Assembly (NCBI GenBank): GCA_030670545.1
Contig: DAOVBM010000005.1
Coordinates: 1 to 53,942 of the forward strand
Origin: Candidatus Woesearchaeota archaeon
GTDB lineage: Archaea > Nanobdellota > Nanobdellia > Woesearchaeales > JAGLGH01
DNA length: 53,942 bases
Reading direction: 5' to 3'
Part shown: in pieces, positions 37,286 to 47,487 of the stretch
How positions within the stretch are numbered: the first letter of the stretch is position 1
Layout of the letters: each line of letters begins with the position of its first letter
Position numbers and translations under genes: made by a program
The notes under the pieces: generated by a model
What the model saw: only the letters and a program-made list of their open reading frames with translations
Databases searched by the model: none
What the model was told of the DNA's origin: nothing

Positions 37286-39392
37286 CCATTAAGTTGCCGT
37301 TTTCAAATATTTTTAGCATAAATGTTTCATTTAAGTTAGTAATTTCGACTTTCTCCCCAATAGTCTTGGTGTAATCTCTTTGTGATATATTAGAGACAAA
37401 AAAAGATGTGCTACCCTGTTTTTTATTTATCATTAGGTCAAAGGTATAGCAATGCTCTGGCGACGAGATATCCTTAAATAATTGCCCCTTTTCTGTAATA
37501 TTTGACAGGTCGATTATATTTATATCTCCAGGTTCATATCTCTGATCTACTATGTGTGGAATAATTAGATATAATTCATTTTTATTTTTGAAAAAATAAT
37601 AAGGGGAGACACTTCCGCTTTTTATGCATTTTGTGAATTTATCCAAAAAAGGAGGGAATGCCTGTTGTTTTGCCAAATCTTCAGAGAATTCATTTAAATC
37701 TATTTTATTAAACGCTAATGCAGGTAATAAATTAATCCCTGTCAATTTCTCTTTTTGGATAATGATATACCCTTCATTCTCATCAAATCTAGCTGAATCA
37801 ATAAGTTTTATTCTTGTATCTTTTGTAACGTCTAAGCCTTTAGTTATATTTACACCTAAAACAACTAGTACGATTAGCATTAAGTAAGCTATAACTATTT
37901 TTTTATCTTTAAGATGCTTTACTAAATATTTCAAGCCATTCATGCATAGAATAAGCAAAAAAGGCAGGATCAACAATAATAATGTTGTTTTTGGTGGCCT
38001 CCAGTTTTCATTTATTAATAAAAAAGCCAAAAACACTAAAGATGTTACTAAAAAAAAGTATTTTGTCTTTTTACCCTTTAACTCATTTAACCCAAAAAAG
38101 ATTGCCGCAAAAATAAGCAAACCAAAATTTTTTAACAAAATTAGTGGTAAATAAATAAATATAGGGTAGGGAAATCCTGGAGTTCTGATGATATGATCAT
38201 AAAAAGGAAAATTAAACAGGGATCTTATGTAAAAAGTCATACCAAAAAATTGATGCTTAAATAAAGAACAATAAAGAAACCCAGGGAATTGGAAAATATT
38301 ATTATATAATATGTAGTTGATTATCAGTACTGGAATAATTACTATCACTGAACTTGCTGCAAATAGAGTTATCCTCTTTATATTGCTATAATAAAAGTAA
38401 ATTATCAAGCCTGGCACAAATATCAAACTAATAGGCCTAATGCTTCCAAGAAAACCATATAACATACCAGCTAAAATCATATCTTTTGGCGAGATATAAC
38501 TTTTTGTTAAAAAGTATATAATCACACTAACAACCAGAAAAGCCAAATAATTAGTATTAATGCTATTTGATTCCTGAGCTATTATGTTAAAATTTAACAA
38601 AAAAATACAGAAGATTGATAACCATATCGACCTTGTAAAACCTTTTACTAAATAAAATAGAACTGCTGACGAACACATTAAGATGAAAGAAAATAGGATT
38701 CTCAGCCCTGCAAAATTAAATAAACCCATAAAATAAGATGTGTGAATCCCTATAAAAAAGGGTTCATCATTCATAAACATCTTTTCATTCGAGTTATAAT
38801 TCAGGATTATATTGTTTTTGCTTTGTTCAAATCGATAATAGTTAAGCTCTTCAACTCCAGTATATGAAATGTTTAGGTCTTTATTGACAAGACATGTAAA
38901 ATTAGTTGTTAATTCTATTTTGGATTGTTCTACCTCAGGGAATGCTTCTCTGAATGCTGTATTTTCTATCCCAAATATGTAATCAGTTTTCAAATTTTGA
39001 TAAGCCCAGTTATCAGGGCAATTATACCTTTCTTTATATGGAAAGGAAAATGTTAGAAAGTTGAAAATAAGGATAACCAATAGAATGCCCAAGATAACAT
39101 AATCTCTCTTCTTAAGCCAAATCCTGCTTATTCTTTGTTTTTTATAAGCTATTATACAGGATATGCTTAAATTAAAGACAGTAGATATTGCCACAATACC
39201 ATATAAAGTAAAAAAGTTATTTGTTATTAGGACGAAATAATATGAAATAACTGGCAGAAAGATCAGTACCAACGTGAAGTTGATGATAAATGTCTTTAAA
39301 TTTTTTTTGTTTGATATCTGTGTTAATAAAAATGAAGGTAATATAAATACCCAAACAACCAGTAATATTACCTTTAATAATTCAACAATCAT
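37266..39392 (-). CDS. Polytopic membrane protein, GT-C (PMT/ArnT-like) candidate
   Basis: About 13 TM segments; AGMLYGFLGSIRP; FNFPFYDHIIRTPGFPYP; ENW; paralog of 45555..47441. Confidence 0.72.
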   Translation of the reverse strand: MIVELLKVILLVVWVFILPSFLLTQISNKKNLKTFIINFTLVLIFLPVISYYFVLITNNFFTLYGIVAISTVFNLSISCIIAYKKQRISRIWLKKRDYVILGILLVILIFNFLTFSFPYKERYNCPDNWAYQNLKTDYIFGIENTAFREAFPEVEQSKIELTTNFTCLVNKDLNISYTGVEELNYYRFEQSKNNIILNYNSNEKMFMNDEPFFIGIHTSYFMGLFNFAGLRILFSFILMCSSAVLFYLVKGFTRSIWLSIFCIFLLNFNIIAQESNSINTNYLAFLVVSVIIYFLTKSYISPKDMILAGMLYGFLGSIRPISLIFVPGLIIYFYYSNIKRITLFAASSVIVIIPVLIINYILYNNIFQFPGFLYCSLFKHQFFGMTFYIRSLFNFPFYDHIIRTPGFPYPIFIYLPLILLKNFGLLIFAAIFFGLNELKGKKTKYFFLVTSLVFLAFLLINENWRPPKTTLLLLILPFLLILCMNGLKYLVKHLKDKKIVIAYLMLIVLVVLGVNITKGLDVTKDTRIKLIDSARFDENEGYIIIQKEKLTGINLLPALAFNKIDLNEFSEDLAKQQAFPPFLDKFTKCIKSGSVSPYYFFKNKNELYLIIPHIVDQRYEPGDINIIDLSNITEKGQLFKDISSPEHCYTFDLMINKKQGSTSFFVSNISQRDYTKTIGEKVEITNLNETFMLKIFENGNLMDEIYVS

Positions 39393-40426
39393 TTTTTAGC
39401 AAATTTTTGAAATATATTATAATTTTCAAAGAGATTTAACAAAGATGACCAGGAAAAATGCAGCAATAAGTTTTGTTCAATATGGCAGTTATAGTTACAC
39501 ATGTTGCATTTTGGGACTCTTGTTTCTAAAATTGCTTTCTCCCATCCCTCTTTTAATCCATTTTTGAAAGTTGTACCCTGGTTGTGATAATCTAAATATT
39601 TATAACAGGGCATTACATCCCCATTAGGTGCTATTATAAACGCCAATTTTCCCATTAGGCATTTATTAATTGGAAAGTCCCGAAGACCATCATTTTTAAT
39701 AAATTTAAGATATTCCATAGAATTTAAGACATTTTTCTCATTCTTTTTGAGCTTAATTATCTTTACAAATATATTCATTAATTCCTCATCACTTGCCTGT
39801 AAGTGTTTGATATCCCTTTTTTTAACTCTTGCAAGATTATTATCATATACTGGTGTGAAATTTACTTTTACACCATAGGTTCTTGCAATGTCCATAACAT
39901 AATCCAATTGATCAATATTATATTTTGTAATTATCATATTTATTGCAACATTAATCTTATTTATTCTTGCAAGTTCTAAGGCCTTAATCGTTGCATCAAA
40001 TGACCCTCTCCCCCGAAGTTTTTCATGGATATCCTTGCTTCCATTTAAGCATACAAAAAGAAGATCTACATCTTTTATCTCATCTATTTTTTCTTCTAAT
40101 CCAAAAGCATTTGTAGTGAGAATTATAAGCTGCTTATTTTGTTTAGCATGCTGGATTATTTTTCCAAGGTCATGCCTCAGCAACGGCTCACCGCCTGTAA
40201 AATGAATCCTATGCATACCCATTTTACTTAACTTACTTATCATTTCTAATATTTCATTTGTAGACATTTCATATGTTCTATCTGCCCTATTAATCTTACA
40301 ATACATGCAGTTCGAGTTGCATCTATTAGTAGTGACAAGATTTACCATTAAGGGAATATTCTTACCCATAACTTTAGATTTTATAACATTTATGCCAGAG
40401 ATAATGTTCTTTTGCCAGATATTCAT
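39389..40426 (-). CDS. Radical SAM/SPASM-twitch protein
   Basis: CNSNCMYC, FTGGEPLLR, TTNA, C.MG.....PNGDVMPC and CNMCNYNC. Start moved to ATG 40426. Confidence 0.9.
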   Translation of the reverse strand: MNIWQKNIISGINVIKSKVMGKNIPLMVNLVTTNRCNSNCMYCKINRADRTYEMSTNEILEMISKLSKMGMHRIHFTGGEPLLRHDLGKIIQHAKQNKQLIILTTNAFGLEEKIDEIKDVDLLFVCLNGSKDIHEKLRGRGSFDATIKALELARINKINVAINMIITKYNIDQLDYVMDIARTYGVKVNFTPVYDNNLARVKKRDIKHLQASDEELMNIFVKIIKLKKNEKNVLNSMEYLKFIKNDGLRDFPINKCLMGKLAFIIAPNGDVMPCYKYLDYHNQGTTFKNGLKEGWEKAILETRVPKCNMCNYNCHIEQNLLLHFSWSSLLNLFENYNIFQKFAKK

Positions 40427-40428
40427 GT

Positions 40429-41388
40429 TTAAACCTCTGCAGCCAAGCATTTAATTTTACGGTTAACTTTTGAGTAACATGATTTTCTCCTCATTATTTT
40501 TAATATTGAACTTAAGCTTTCATCAGTTACGTTTCCATACTTCTCTTTAATAAAAGAACAAGGCATCACATCCCCATACAGTGTAACTGCAATCTTTTCC
40601 GAACCTGCTGCGCATCCCTTGAATAAGTAGTTGTTTTCCTCACACAGCCTTGCTAAAGGATGCTTCATAACTTCTTCAAGTTTTTTCATGTCTGCCTTAT
40701 CAAGCCTATTTTCACTGCATCCCTTAAATCTACCAGTAAGAATAGGCAGACAGAATATTACACTTGCATCAGATTTTTCTGCAAATTCAAGTATTTTGTA
40801 TAATTCGCCGCTATGCAATTTCTCTTTTGTTATCAATGCGCTGATTATGACTTCAATCTTATTTTCTCGAAATAATTTTATAGCATTCATCGCTTTTTTA
40901 AAACATCCTGCATAATTCCTAAATACGTCATGTTCTTTTTCTGTCGTAAAATCAAGGCTTACGCAAGCCACGTCAAGTCCCTTATCTTTAAGCTGTCTTG
41001 CATATTTTTCGTCAAGCACTATTCCATTTGTATCAATGCTTGTGATGAAATCCCCTTTTGTGAAATCAAGCAAAGTAAGTAATTTTTCTTTTGCAAGGAG
41101 TGTTTCCCCTCCAGTGAAGAGTATGTGCACTGCGCCTTCTTTCCTAGCCTGTATAATGATGTCCCTGATTTCTTTAACTTTCAGCTCCTTTTTTCCATCG
41201 TCAACCAGATCAGCAGCACTGCAATGCATGCATCGGCATTGGCATTGGTATGTTAATGCTATCTCAATTGTCCTTAAAACTGTTTTTCCTGAAAATAGCT
41301 TAATGTAATTCCAGATAAGCCGAGCGATTATCTTAGGTTTTTTTAGTGTTATTTTTAAGTTTGCAAATATCCTTCTAGTATTCTTCAT
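40429..41388 (-). CDS. Radical SAM/SPASM-twitch protein
   Basis: CQCRCMHC, FTGGETLL, DTNG, SLD...HD..R and GCAAG......YGDVMPCSF. Start moved to ATG 41388. Confidence 0.9.
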   Translation of the reverse strand: MKNTRRIFANLKITLKKPKIIARLIWNYIKLFSGKTVLRTIEIALTYQCQCRCMHCSAADLVDDGKKELKVKEIRDIIIQARKEGAVHILFTGGETLLAKEKLLTLLDFTKGDFITSIDTNGIVLDEKYARQLKDKGLDVACVSLDFTTEKEHDVFRNYAGCFKKAMNAIKLFRENKIEVIISALITKEKLHSGELYKILEFAEKSDASVIFCLPILTGRFKGCSENRLDKADMKKLEEVMKHPLARLCEENNYLFKGCAAGSEKIAVTLYGDVMPCSFIKEKYGNVTDESLSSILKIMRRKSCYSKVNRKIKCLAAEV

Positions 41389-42079
41389 CTCTGATATCCT
41401 CTTGTTTATTTTTTTTTGATGCCACAATCAACATGTTTAATCCTATCGGTAGTTTGATAACAGACTCTATCTTGGCAAGAATCCCGCATGCCAAATCGAA
41501 TCTTTTGAGATCAACTTCTCTATGCCTTTGTGAGTTAAGTATATGATTTTGAAATATCCACCCAAAAATACCAATAAAGTTAATGTATTTAAAATAATTT
41601 ATCTCAAATCCCGATTCTTTTATCTTGCTCATAATCTCATCCTTGGAGTATCTGCGGCAATGCTTATTTGCCTTATCAATCTTTCCGTAAATGCATTTTA
41701 TTGCAGGCACTATAATAACGATTTTTCCCTTGTCTTCAAGAAGTTTGTTCATATTTTTCATTGCCAATAAATCATCCCTAATATGTTCAAGAACATTTAT
41801 GCAGACTACTGTATTAAATTTCTTATCTATAAGCATAGATATATTACCAGTTATGTCAATCTTTTCTATTTTGTTGCCGCTGAAATTTATCTGATATTTC
41901 TCTTTGTCTATGGGTGTTATACTACATAGTTTATCTTTTTCAATTAGGCTGGTGATTGCCCCCATCCCGGCTCCTACTTCAAGTATATTGCTGCCAATAT
42001 GCGGCTTAATCTCACCATATAACCACCTTACATAATTTTGCATTTTTGAAACATTCTTAAGATTTATTTTGTCGTTCAT
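41375..42079 (-). CDS. Class I SAM-dependent methyltransferase
   Basis: ILEVGAGMG, VVCINVLEHI.DD, G..VI.VPA and D....H.RRY; a type often found beside glycosyltransferases. Confidence 0.9.
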   Translation of the reverse strand: MNDKINLKNVSKMQNYVRWLYGEIKPHIGSNILEVGAGMGAITSLIEKDKLCSITPIDKEKYQINFSGNKIEKIDITGNISMLIDKKFNTVVCINVLEHIRDDLLAMKNMNKLLEDKGKIVIIVPAIKCIYGKIDKANKHCRRYSKDEIMSKIKESGFEINYFKYINFIGIFGWIFQNHILNSQRHREVDLKRFDLACGILAKIESVIKLPIGLNMLIVASKKNKQEDIRDEEY

Positions 42080-43104
42080 TTTTTCTTTAAATAATCAGAT
42101 GTATTGTTCTTAAATATCTTGTTCAATCTTAAAAGATTATATATGGATGAAATATTGAGTGAATAAAGAAAATTGTCCTCAATATGACAGCCGTAGTAGC
42201 ATATCTTACAAGAGCTTATCCTGACATTCGCAATAGCTTTTTTCCACCCAACCTTATTACCATTCATACAATTTCCATTGTTTATAAATTTATAGCATTG
42301 GTAAACATTGCCTGTTGGATCAATTGTGACTGACAAACTACCTAGATAGCACCTTTTGAATATTACTGCACCATTTTTGGAAAAAGATCTTAAAGATGCG
42401 TAAGAATTAATAATAGGCTTGCCTTGCTTTTTCTTGTCTATCAATTGGGTAAAAATCCTTTTAATCTCTTCTTTTTTTGGTATAATTTTGTCAAGGCTTT
42501 CGTATTCAACTTTAGCAAGTTCATTCTGAAAAACTGGCTGAAAATTGATAAAGAATCCCTTATCTTGAGCTGTCTCAATCATGAAATCGATATATGCCTT
42601 ATTCTCGTTAGTAATGACAAATGTTGCTATCTTTCCTGCTTTTATACTTCCTGAATCAAGCGCATCCATAGTCTTCTTATAGTTGCCTTTGCCCCTTATC
42701 TTATCATGCACCTCTTCAGGACCATTAAGGCATGTAATCAATAAATCAAGATGTTGAAGTTCAGTTAGTTTCTTATCAAACAATTCGCAGTTAGTGCTAA
42801 TAGTAGTGAGGATCCCCTTACTTTGGGCAAATTTCAACAGCTTTCCTATATCATCCCTTAATAAGGGCTCTCCCCCAATAAATGTAATCTGTTCACATCC
42901 CTGCTTGCTGAGAGATTCAATCATGCTCAAAGCTGATGCTGTATCCATTTCTTTCTTGTGTGGGAATTCTGAAATCTTACAATATGAGCACTTATTTTGG
43001 CATCTATAGGTACAGACGTAGTTTACTTTTAGAGGTAGTCTTCGCTTCAGTACTCTTGAGACCAAAACTTTAATCCCAGATATTAAATGTTTTTTTATTA
43101 TCAT
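42076..43104 (-). CDS. Radical SAM/SPASM-twitch protein, paralog of 39389..40426
   Basis: CQNKCSYC, GGEPLLR, CLNG..E.H.K.RG.G, CYLG...DPTGNVYQCYK and CKICYYGCHIE. Confidence 0.9.
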   Translation of the reverse strand: MIIKKHLISGIKVLVSRVLKRRLPLKVNYVCTYRCQNKCSYCKISEFPHKKEMDTASALSMIESLSKQGCEQITFIGGEPLLRDDIGKLLKFAQSKGILTTISTNCELFDKKLTELQHLDLLITCLNGPEEVHDKIRGKGNYKKTMDALDSGSIKAGKIATFVITNENKAYIDFMIETAQDKGFFINFQPVFQNELAKVEYESLDKIIPKKEEIKRIFTQLIDKKKQGKPIINSYASLRSFSKNGAVIFKRCYLGSLSVTIDPTGNVYQCYKFINNGNCMNGNKVGWKKAIANVRISSCKICYYGCHIEDNFLYSLNISSIYNLLRLNKIFKNNTSDYLKKK

Positions 43105-43184
43105 TTGAAAAGTAGCTGATTTAAAACCCCCAATCTTAAGAGATGGTGCAAATCTATTTAAAGTTTATTGTATTTAAGATAATT

Positions 43185-44606
43185 ATGATGCGCAAAGTAA
43201 TTCTTATTAACCCACCTTATCAAGAAGCTATCAGTTCGGTTTCTCAAATAAGCGTAGGGCCCCCATTAGGATTGGCATACATAGCATCAATGCTTATCAA
43301 GCAAGGGATTAAAGTAAATATACTTGATGCAAATGCCCTTAAGTTTGGTGTCAAGGAAATAATAAGATGGGTGGATAATACCAAGCCTGATATTGTGGGA
43401 CTCACAGCTACAACATCCACCATAAACATATGCAAGAGAATAGCAGATGGGATCAAATCGTTTGCATGGAAAGTTCCTATCGTGGTTGGAGGGATTCATC
43501 CAAGCACATTGCCAAGAGAAACTCTTGAAGATTTCAGAGGTTTTGATTATGTAGTTGAGGGTGAAGGGGAATATACTTTTAGTGAATTGATTTCTGAACT
43601 GAATAAGCCTTCTGGAAAAAACAAACAACCTTGCTTTAAAAAGATAAAAGGTCTTGCATATAGAAATAAGAACAAGATTCATGTCAATGATAAACGACAG
43701 CTAATAGAAAACCTTGATAATATTCCATTTCCTGCAAGACACCTTCTTCCAAATCATTTATATCGCTCTGTTGAATATTCAAACTTCACTACAATTATTG
43801 CCATGCGTGGTTGCCCTGCAAAATGTATATATTGTTCTGTACCTAGCTTTTGTGGGAATCGTCTAAGAAAAAGGAGTCCACAGAATGTAATTGACGAATT
43901 AAAGGAGTGTTTTATGAAATATGGCGTGAAAAGCTTTTCATTCCTAGATGATACATTTACATATGATAAGCAATGGGTAATGGATTTTTGCAGGATGATG
44001 GTTAAAACAGGGCTAAATAAGAAGATGACGTGGCTTTGCCTTACAAGAGTTGATAATGTAGATGATGAATTAATGAAGATGTTGAAAAAAGCAGGATGTT
44101 ATAAGATTGAATTGGGGATAGAATCTGGATCACAAGAGATTCTGCGCAGGATTGGCAAGAATATATCAATTCCACAAATAAGAAAAGCATTTGCAATAGC
44201 AAAAAGGAATAAGATGAAAACAATGGCATTCGCGATAATCGGATTCCCATTCGAAACCAGAAAAGATATTCTGATGACCAAAAAATTGCTTATGAGAATC
44301 AAACCAGATTTTCTGCAGATATCGTATGCAACACCCTATCCTGGAACACCTTTTTATGAATATTGTATGAAAAGGCGATTGATCATGGCTAATGGCTGGT
44401 CGGATTATGTATTCCTAAAAAAATCAAGGGTTAGAAATGAGAAGAATTTGTCAACTAAAGATATCCTTTTGCTAAAGAAATATATTGAACGGTCATTTTA
44501 TCTTCGCCCTTCATATATGATCCAGACTATATTTTATCTAATAACCAGAACAAATAGCCTTAAACTTGTATTTGAAAGAATGTTGGGATTCCTGAAGAAA
44601 ATATAA
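43185..44606 (+). CDS. B12-binding radical SAM protein (class B methyltransferase-like)
   Basis: ILINPP, PPLGLAYIA, PDIVGLT, VGGIHPS, GEGE, RGCPAKCIYC, DDTF, GIESG and TPYPGT. Start set at ATG 43185 (43143 also possible). Confidence 0.93.
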   Translation: MMRKVILINPPYQEAISSVSQISVGPPLGLAYIASMLIKQGIKVNILDANALKFGVKEIIRWVDNTKPDIVGLTATTSTINICKRIADGIKSFAWKVPIVVGGIHPSTLPRETLEDFRGFDYVVEGEGEYTFSELISELNKPSGKNKQPCFKKIKGLAYRNKNKIHVNDKRQLIENLDNIPFPARHLLPNHLYRSVEYSNFTTIIAMRGCPAKCIYCSVPSFCGNRLRKRSPQNVIDELKECFMKYGVKSFSFLDDTFTYDKQWVMDFCRMMVKTGLNKKMTWLCLTRVDNVDDELMKMLKKAGCYKIELGIESGSQEILRRIGKNISIPQIRKAFAIAKRNKMKTMAFAIIGFPFETRKDILMTKKLLMRIKPDFLQISYATPYPGTPFYEYCMKRRLIMANGWSDYVFLKKSRVRNEKNLSTKDILLLKKYIERSFYLRPSYMIQTIFYLITRTNSLKLVFERMLGFLKKI

Positions 44607-44653
44607 GTGATTAATTTGGAAATGTTTAAAAACTCTGCAAAGAAATATAAAAG

Positions 44654-45352
44654 ATGGTAAATGAAATATCCTTGATGTTTTCCGGCGGCATTGACTCAAC
44701 CTATGTTGCAATTAAGCTTGCAGAAAAATATAAGAAAATATATCTCCTTAATTATTCTAATGGTTATGGACACACGAAATTTAACAGAGTAAACGCAAGA
44801 GTAAAAGAGCTTGAAAAATTGTATCCCGAAAAATTTGTCTTATTTCAGACATCAATAAAAGATACCTTTGAAAATATTCTCATAAATAATCTTAGAAAAG
44901 AGACAGACATGTTTGGTTCTGCGTTTATATGGTGCTTGTCCTGCAAGCTGTCTATGCATGCAAGAAGCATAATATTCAATAAAAAAAACAAGATAAAAAT
45001 TATCTCTGATGGCTCATCTTATGATACACAATATATGGTTGAACAAACCCCTTTTGCAATAAATATAATCAAAAAGCTTTATAATGAATTCAATCAAGAA
45101 TATATATTTCCTTCTTATAATATATCAAGAGAGAAAAAACGAAAGGAATTAACACAGAAAAAATTAAGGAGGGGATTTAAGCTCTTTGACAGGCATATTG
45201 GCATACAACCTAAATGCTATCCTGGAGAATTATCTTACTCTCCGCTTGTGATTCTAGGAAAACAACCGCACTACAAAGAAGAAGATATCATAAATTATAT
45301 TGAATTGAAACTTCCCATAATTAAGAGCTACATCTTAAGTGAGTTAGAATGA
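44654..45352 (+). CDS. PP-loop (adenine nucleotide alpha-hydrolase, QueC-like) ATP pyrophosphatase
   Basis: LMFSGGIDST, CLSCKLSMH, SDG.......EQ and IQPKC. Confidence 0.8.
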   Translation: MVNEISLMFSGGIDSTYVAIKLAEKYKKIYLLNYSNGYGHTKFNRVNARVKELEKLYPEKFVLFQTSIKDTFENILINNLRKETDMFGSAFIWCLSCKLSMHARSIIFNKKNKIKIISDGSSYDTQYMVEQTPFAINIIKKLYNEFNQEYIFPSYNISREKKRKELTQKKLRRGFKLFDRHIGIQPKCYPGELSYSPLVILGKQPHYKEEDIINYIELKLPIIKSYILSELE

Positions 45353-45522
45353 AAAATAAAAAAACAAGAGGGGTGTGGTTGAAGTATATTTTGTTTATAT
45401 TGCTGCACCTATCCTTCCTGAGTATAGTTTACATCAAATCCCTATTCAATAAGAAATACGAAAACATATTATATTTCTATATGACAAACTTCAAGCGTTG
45501 CCTAAGAAAACTTAATAAATAA
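45349..45522 (+). CDS. Small (57 aa) single-TM protein coupled to the PP-loop gene
   Basis: ATGA overlap; MKNKKTRGVWLKYILFILLHLSFLSIVYIKSLFNKKYENILYFYMTNFKRCLRKLNK*; not in the supplied ORF track. Confidence 0.55.
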   Translation: MKNKKTRGVWLKYILFILLHLSFLSIVYIKSLFNKKYENILYFYMTNFKRCLRKLNK

Positions 45523-45524
45523 AG

Positions 45525-45556
45525 AATTTTGAAAAACCTTAGGTTTTTCTAAAATT
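45525..45556. terminator. Hairpin between convergent genes
   Basis: AATTTT-GAAAAACC-TTA-GGTTTTTC-T-AAAATT. Confidence 0.45.
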
Positions 45557-47441
45557 ATCCATATATATAGTTCCATACTTCAAGTGTTTTTAGGTTCCTT
45601 TTTCCGACCATATAAACAACTCCCCTAACTGATGAAACATTAAGATTAACTTTGGTATACATTTTTGGAAAAAGGCCAACATTTAGGTATTTTTCTTTCT
45701 GTGTGATATATTCCGAATAAGTCTCATCATGATAAAAAAATTGCCAATCAGACCTAAGCTCTTCAGAAAGGCCTAATGCTGAAATATTGCAAGTTTGTGA
45801 ATGAGGGAATCGTTCGTACCACCTTTCATCTTTCTGAAACTCAAGAGACTTAAGAAAGGGGATTGAACTTGCAATTAAAGTAAAGATAATAATTAAACTT
45901 ATGCATCTGATAACAATTGGTTTCAGAATCATTCTGTTTATCTTCTTTTTTGCATGCTTATATAAGTTTAGACATTCTCTTAAGAATGTATCAATTCCAT
46001 AATTTATAAAATATACAAAACTAGGCAATACCATTATAACGAAACTGCTCTTCAATTCTTCCCAATTCTCCTGAACCATCAAGAAAACCATGAATGGGAG
46101 CATGATAAATATCATTAAAATCGCTGATTTTTTCTTGTCCACCAATGACCAAATAATGCCAAGTATTGCAAAAGAGGTCAATATAAAACCAAAACTACGC
46201 ATCAATAATAAAGGGATTGTGATATAATTTGGAAATGGAAAATGTGGAGTCCTGACCATCTTATCAATAAACGGATAATTGAGCATGCCATTAAATCTGA
46301 AATCCAATCCAAGGATATTATGATCAAATTCTGGCCTGTGGCCATAAAGCCCATCATATTGTGTTGGATGGGCAATTATGCTTCCAAATGCAAAGCTTTT
46401 CCAGAGAAGTATTGGAAGAATGAATATAACAGCCCCTATTACGAAATATGATATATTTTTGATAAGCTTTTTGTTAGATTTATTTGTAAGATAAAAATAG
46501 ACTAAAATGGCTGGGGAAAATATCAATGCAACATTCCTCACACCGCCAAGGATTCCATAGGCAATTCCAGCAATAAAATATGATTTTTTCTTGATTATTA
46601 GAAAAAACAGGAGAGATATTATCATTAATGCAATCATATTTGCGTTTAATCTATTGAAATATATTGTGATGGGATTTATCACTGCTATGAACGCTGAAAA
46701 AAAAGCTGTTTTTTCAGAATGTGAGATATGCCTGAATGTGGAAAATATAAAAATGAAAGAAATTACATTGATTAACGAATAAAATAATGCAAACCCTCCC
46801 AACCCGAATAAAACATAAGGCAGCGAGAATATTATACCTCCTCCTATCCTCTGGTCTTTTGAGATTAGTCCAAAATTCTCTTCATCAATTAGATTTTGAG
46901 GTATTTTGCCTTTAAGGTTATAGTCATAAAGAAGGTTTCCGTCAATATCAACAAAATCTATTTTGTCGTTTGCAATGTGCATAGCCGGCGCTGTGATATA
47001 TGTACTCCAATAGTCCTGTGCTGGGCCTTCAAAATTAATCATAGAAAAGAAAAATATAGATATTAGTGTTATGAATAATATTGTATTTTTCAGATTAATT
47101 AAAGGCATTATATGTATTTTGATACTTCTCATACCCTCCATGCCCATTTTTTTTAGGATATTGCGATCTTTTAATACCAATACCAGCAATACACATATAA
47201 TCAAAGAAGTTGAGATAAGCACCAGCCAAATGCTGACAGATGTATTGAATAACCATGCAATAGAAAAATTCACAATAGGCAAAACAAGAATTCCAAATGA
47301 AAGGCTGATTGCGAGTCTTTCCCAAATATCAAGATTCTTGAAAAGTTTTATTGAACAGAGAAAACCAGGCATGACAAATACATACAAAAACAAAAAAATA
47401 TATAGTACCCCATTCTTCAATAATAACAATGCCAAATCCAT
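45555..47441 (-). CDS. Polytopic membrane protein, GT-C (PMT/ArnT-like) candidate
   Basis: YVFVMPG....ERLAISLSFG N-terminal unit; AGIAYGILGGVRN; LNYPFIDKMVRTPHFPFP; QENWEE. Start moved to ATG 47441. Confidence 0.75.
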   Translation of the reverse strand: MDLALLLLKNGVLYIFLFLYVFVMPGFLCSIKLFKNLDIWERLAISLSFGILVLPIVNFSIAWLFNTSVSIWLVLISTSLIICVLLVLVLKDRNILKKMGMEGMRSIKIHIMPLINLKNTILFITLISIFFFSMINFEGPAQDYWSTYITAPAMHIANDKIDFVDIDGNLLYDYNLKGKIPQNLIDEENFGLISKDQRIGGGIIFSLPYVLFGLGGFALFYSLINVISFIFIFSTFRHISHSEKTAFFSAFIAVINPITIYFNRLNANMIALMIISLLFFLIIKKKSYFIAGIAYGILGGVRNVALIFSPAILVYFYLTNKSNKKLIKNISYFVIGAVIFILPILLWKSFAFGSIIAHPTQYDGLYGHRPEFDHNILGLDFRFNGMLNYPFIDKMVRTPHFPFPNYITIPLLLMRSFGFILTSFAILGIIWSLVDKKKSAILMIFIMLPFMVFLMVQENWEELKSSFVIMVLPSFVYFINYGIDTFLRECLNLYKHAKKKINRMILKPIVIRCISLIIIFTLIASSIPFLKSLEFQKDERWYERFPHSQTCNISALGLSEELRSDWQFFYHDETYSEYITQKEKYLNVGLFPKMYTKVNLNVSSVRGVVYMVGKRNLKTLEVWNYIYG

Positions 47442-47487
47442 AGCAAATTGTATTTTTGCAGGATATAAAAACTTATCTGAAAACAAA

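Noticed and set aside
44654-45352. Calling this gene queC
   Set aside because: It lacks the QueC C-terminal CGxCxxC zinc motif and has no que/archaeosine neighbours.
47071-47487. 139-aa N-terminal extension of the B12-type radical SAM ORF
   Set aside because: It overlaps the divergent membrane-protein gene; the family-typical N-terminus (KILLVNPP) starts right after ATG 47488.
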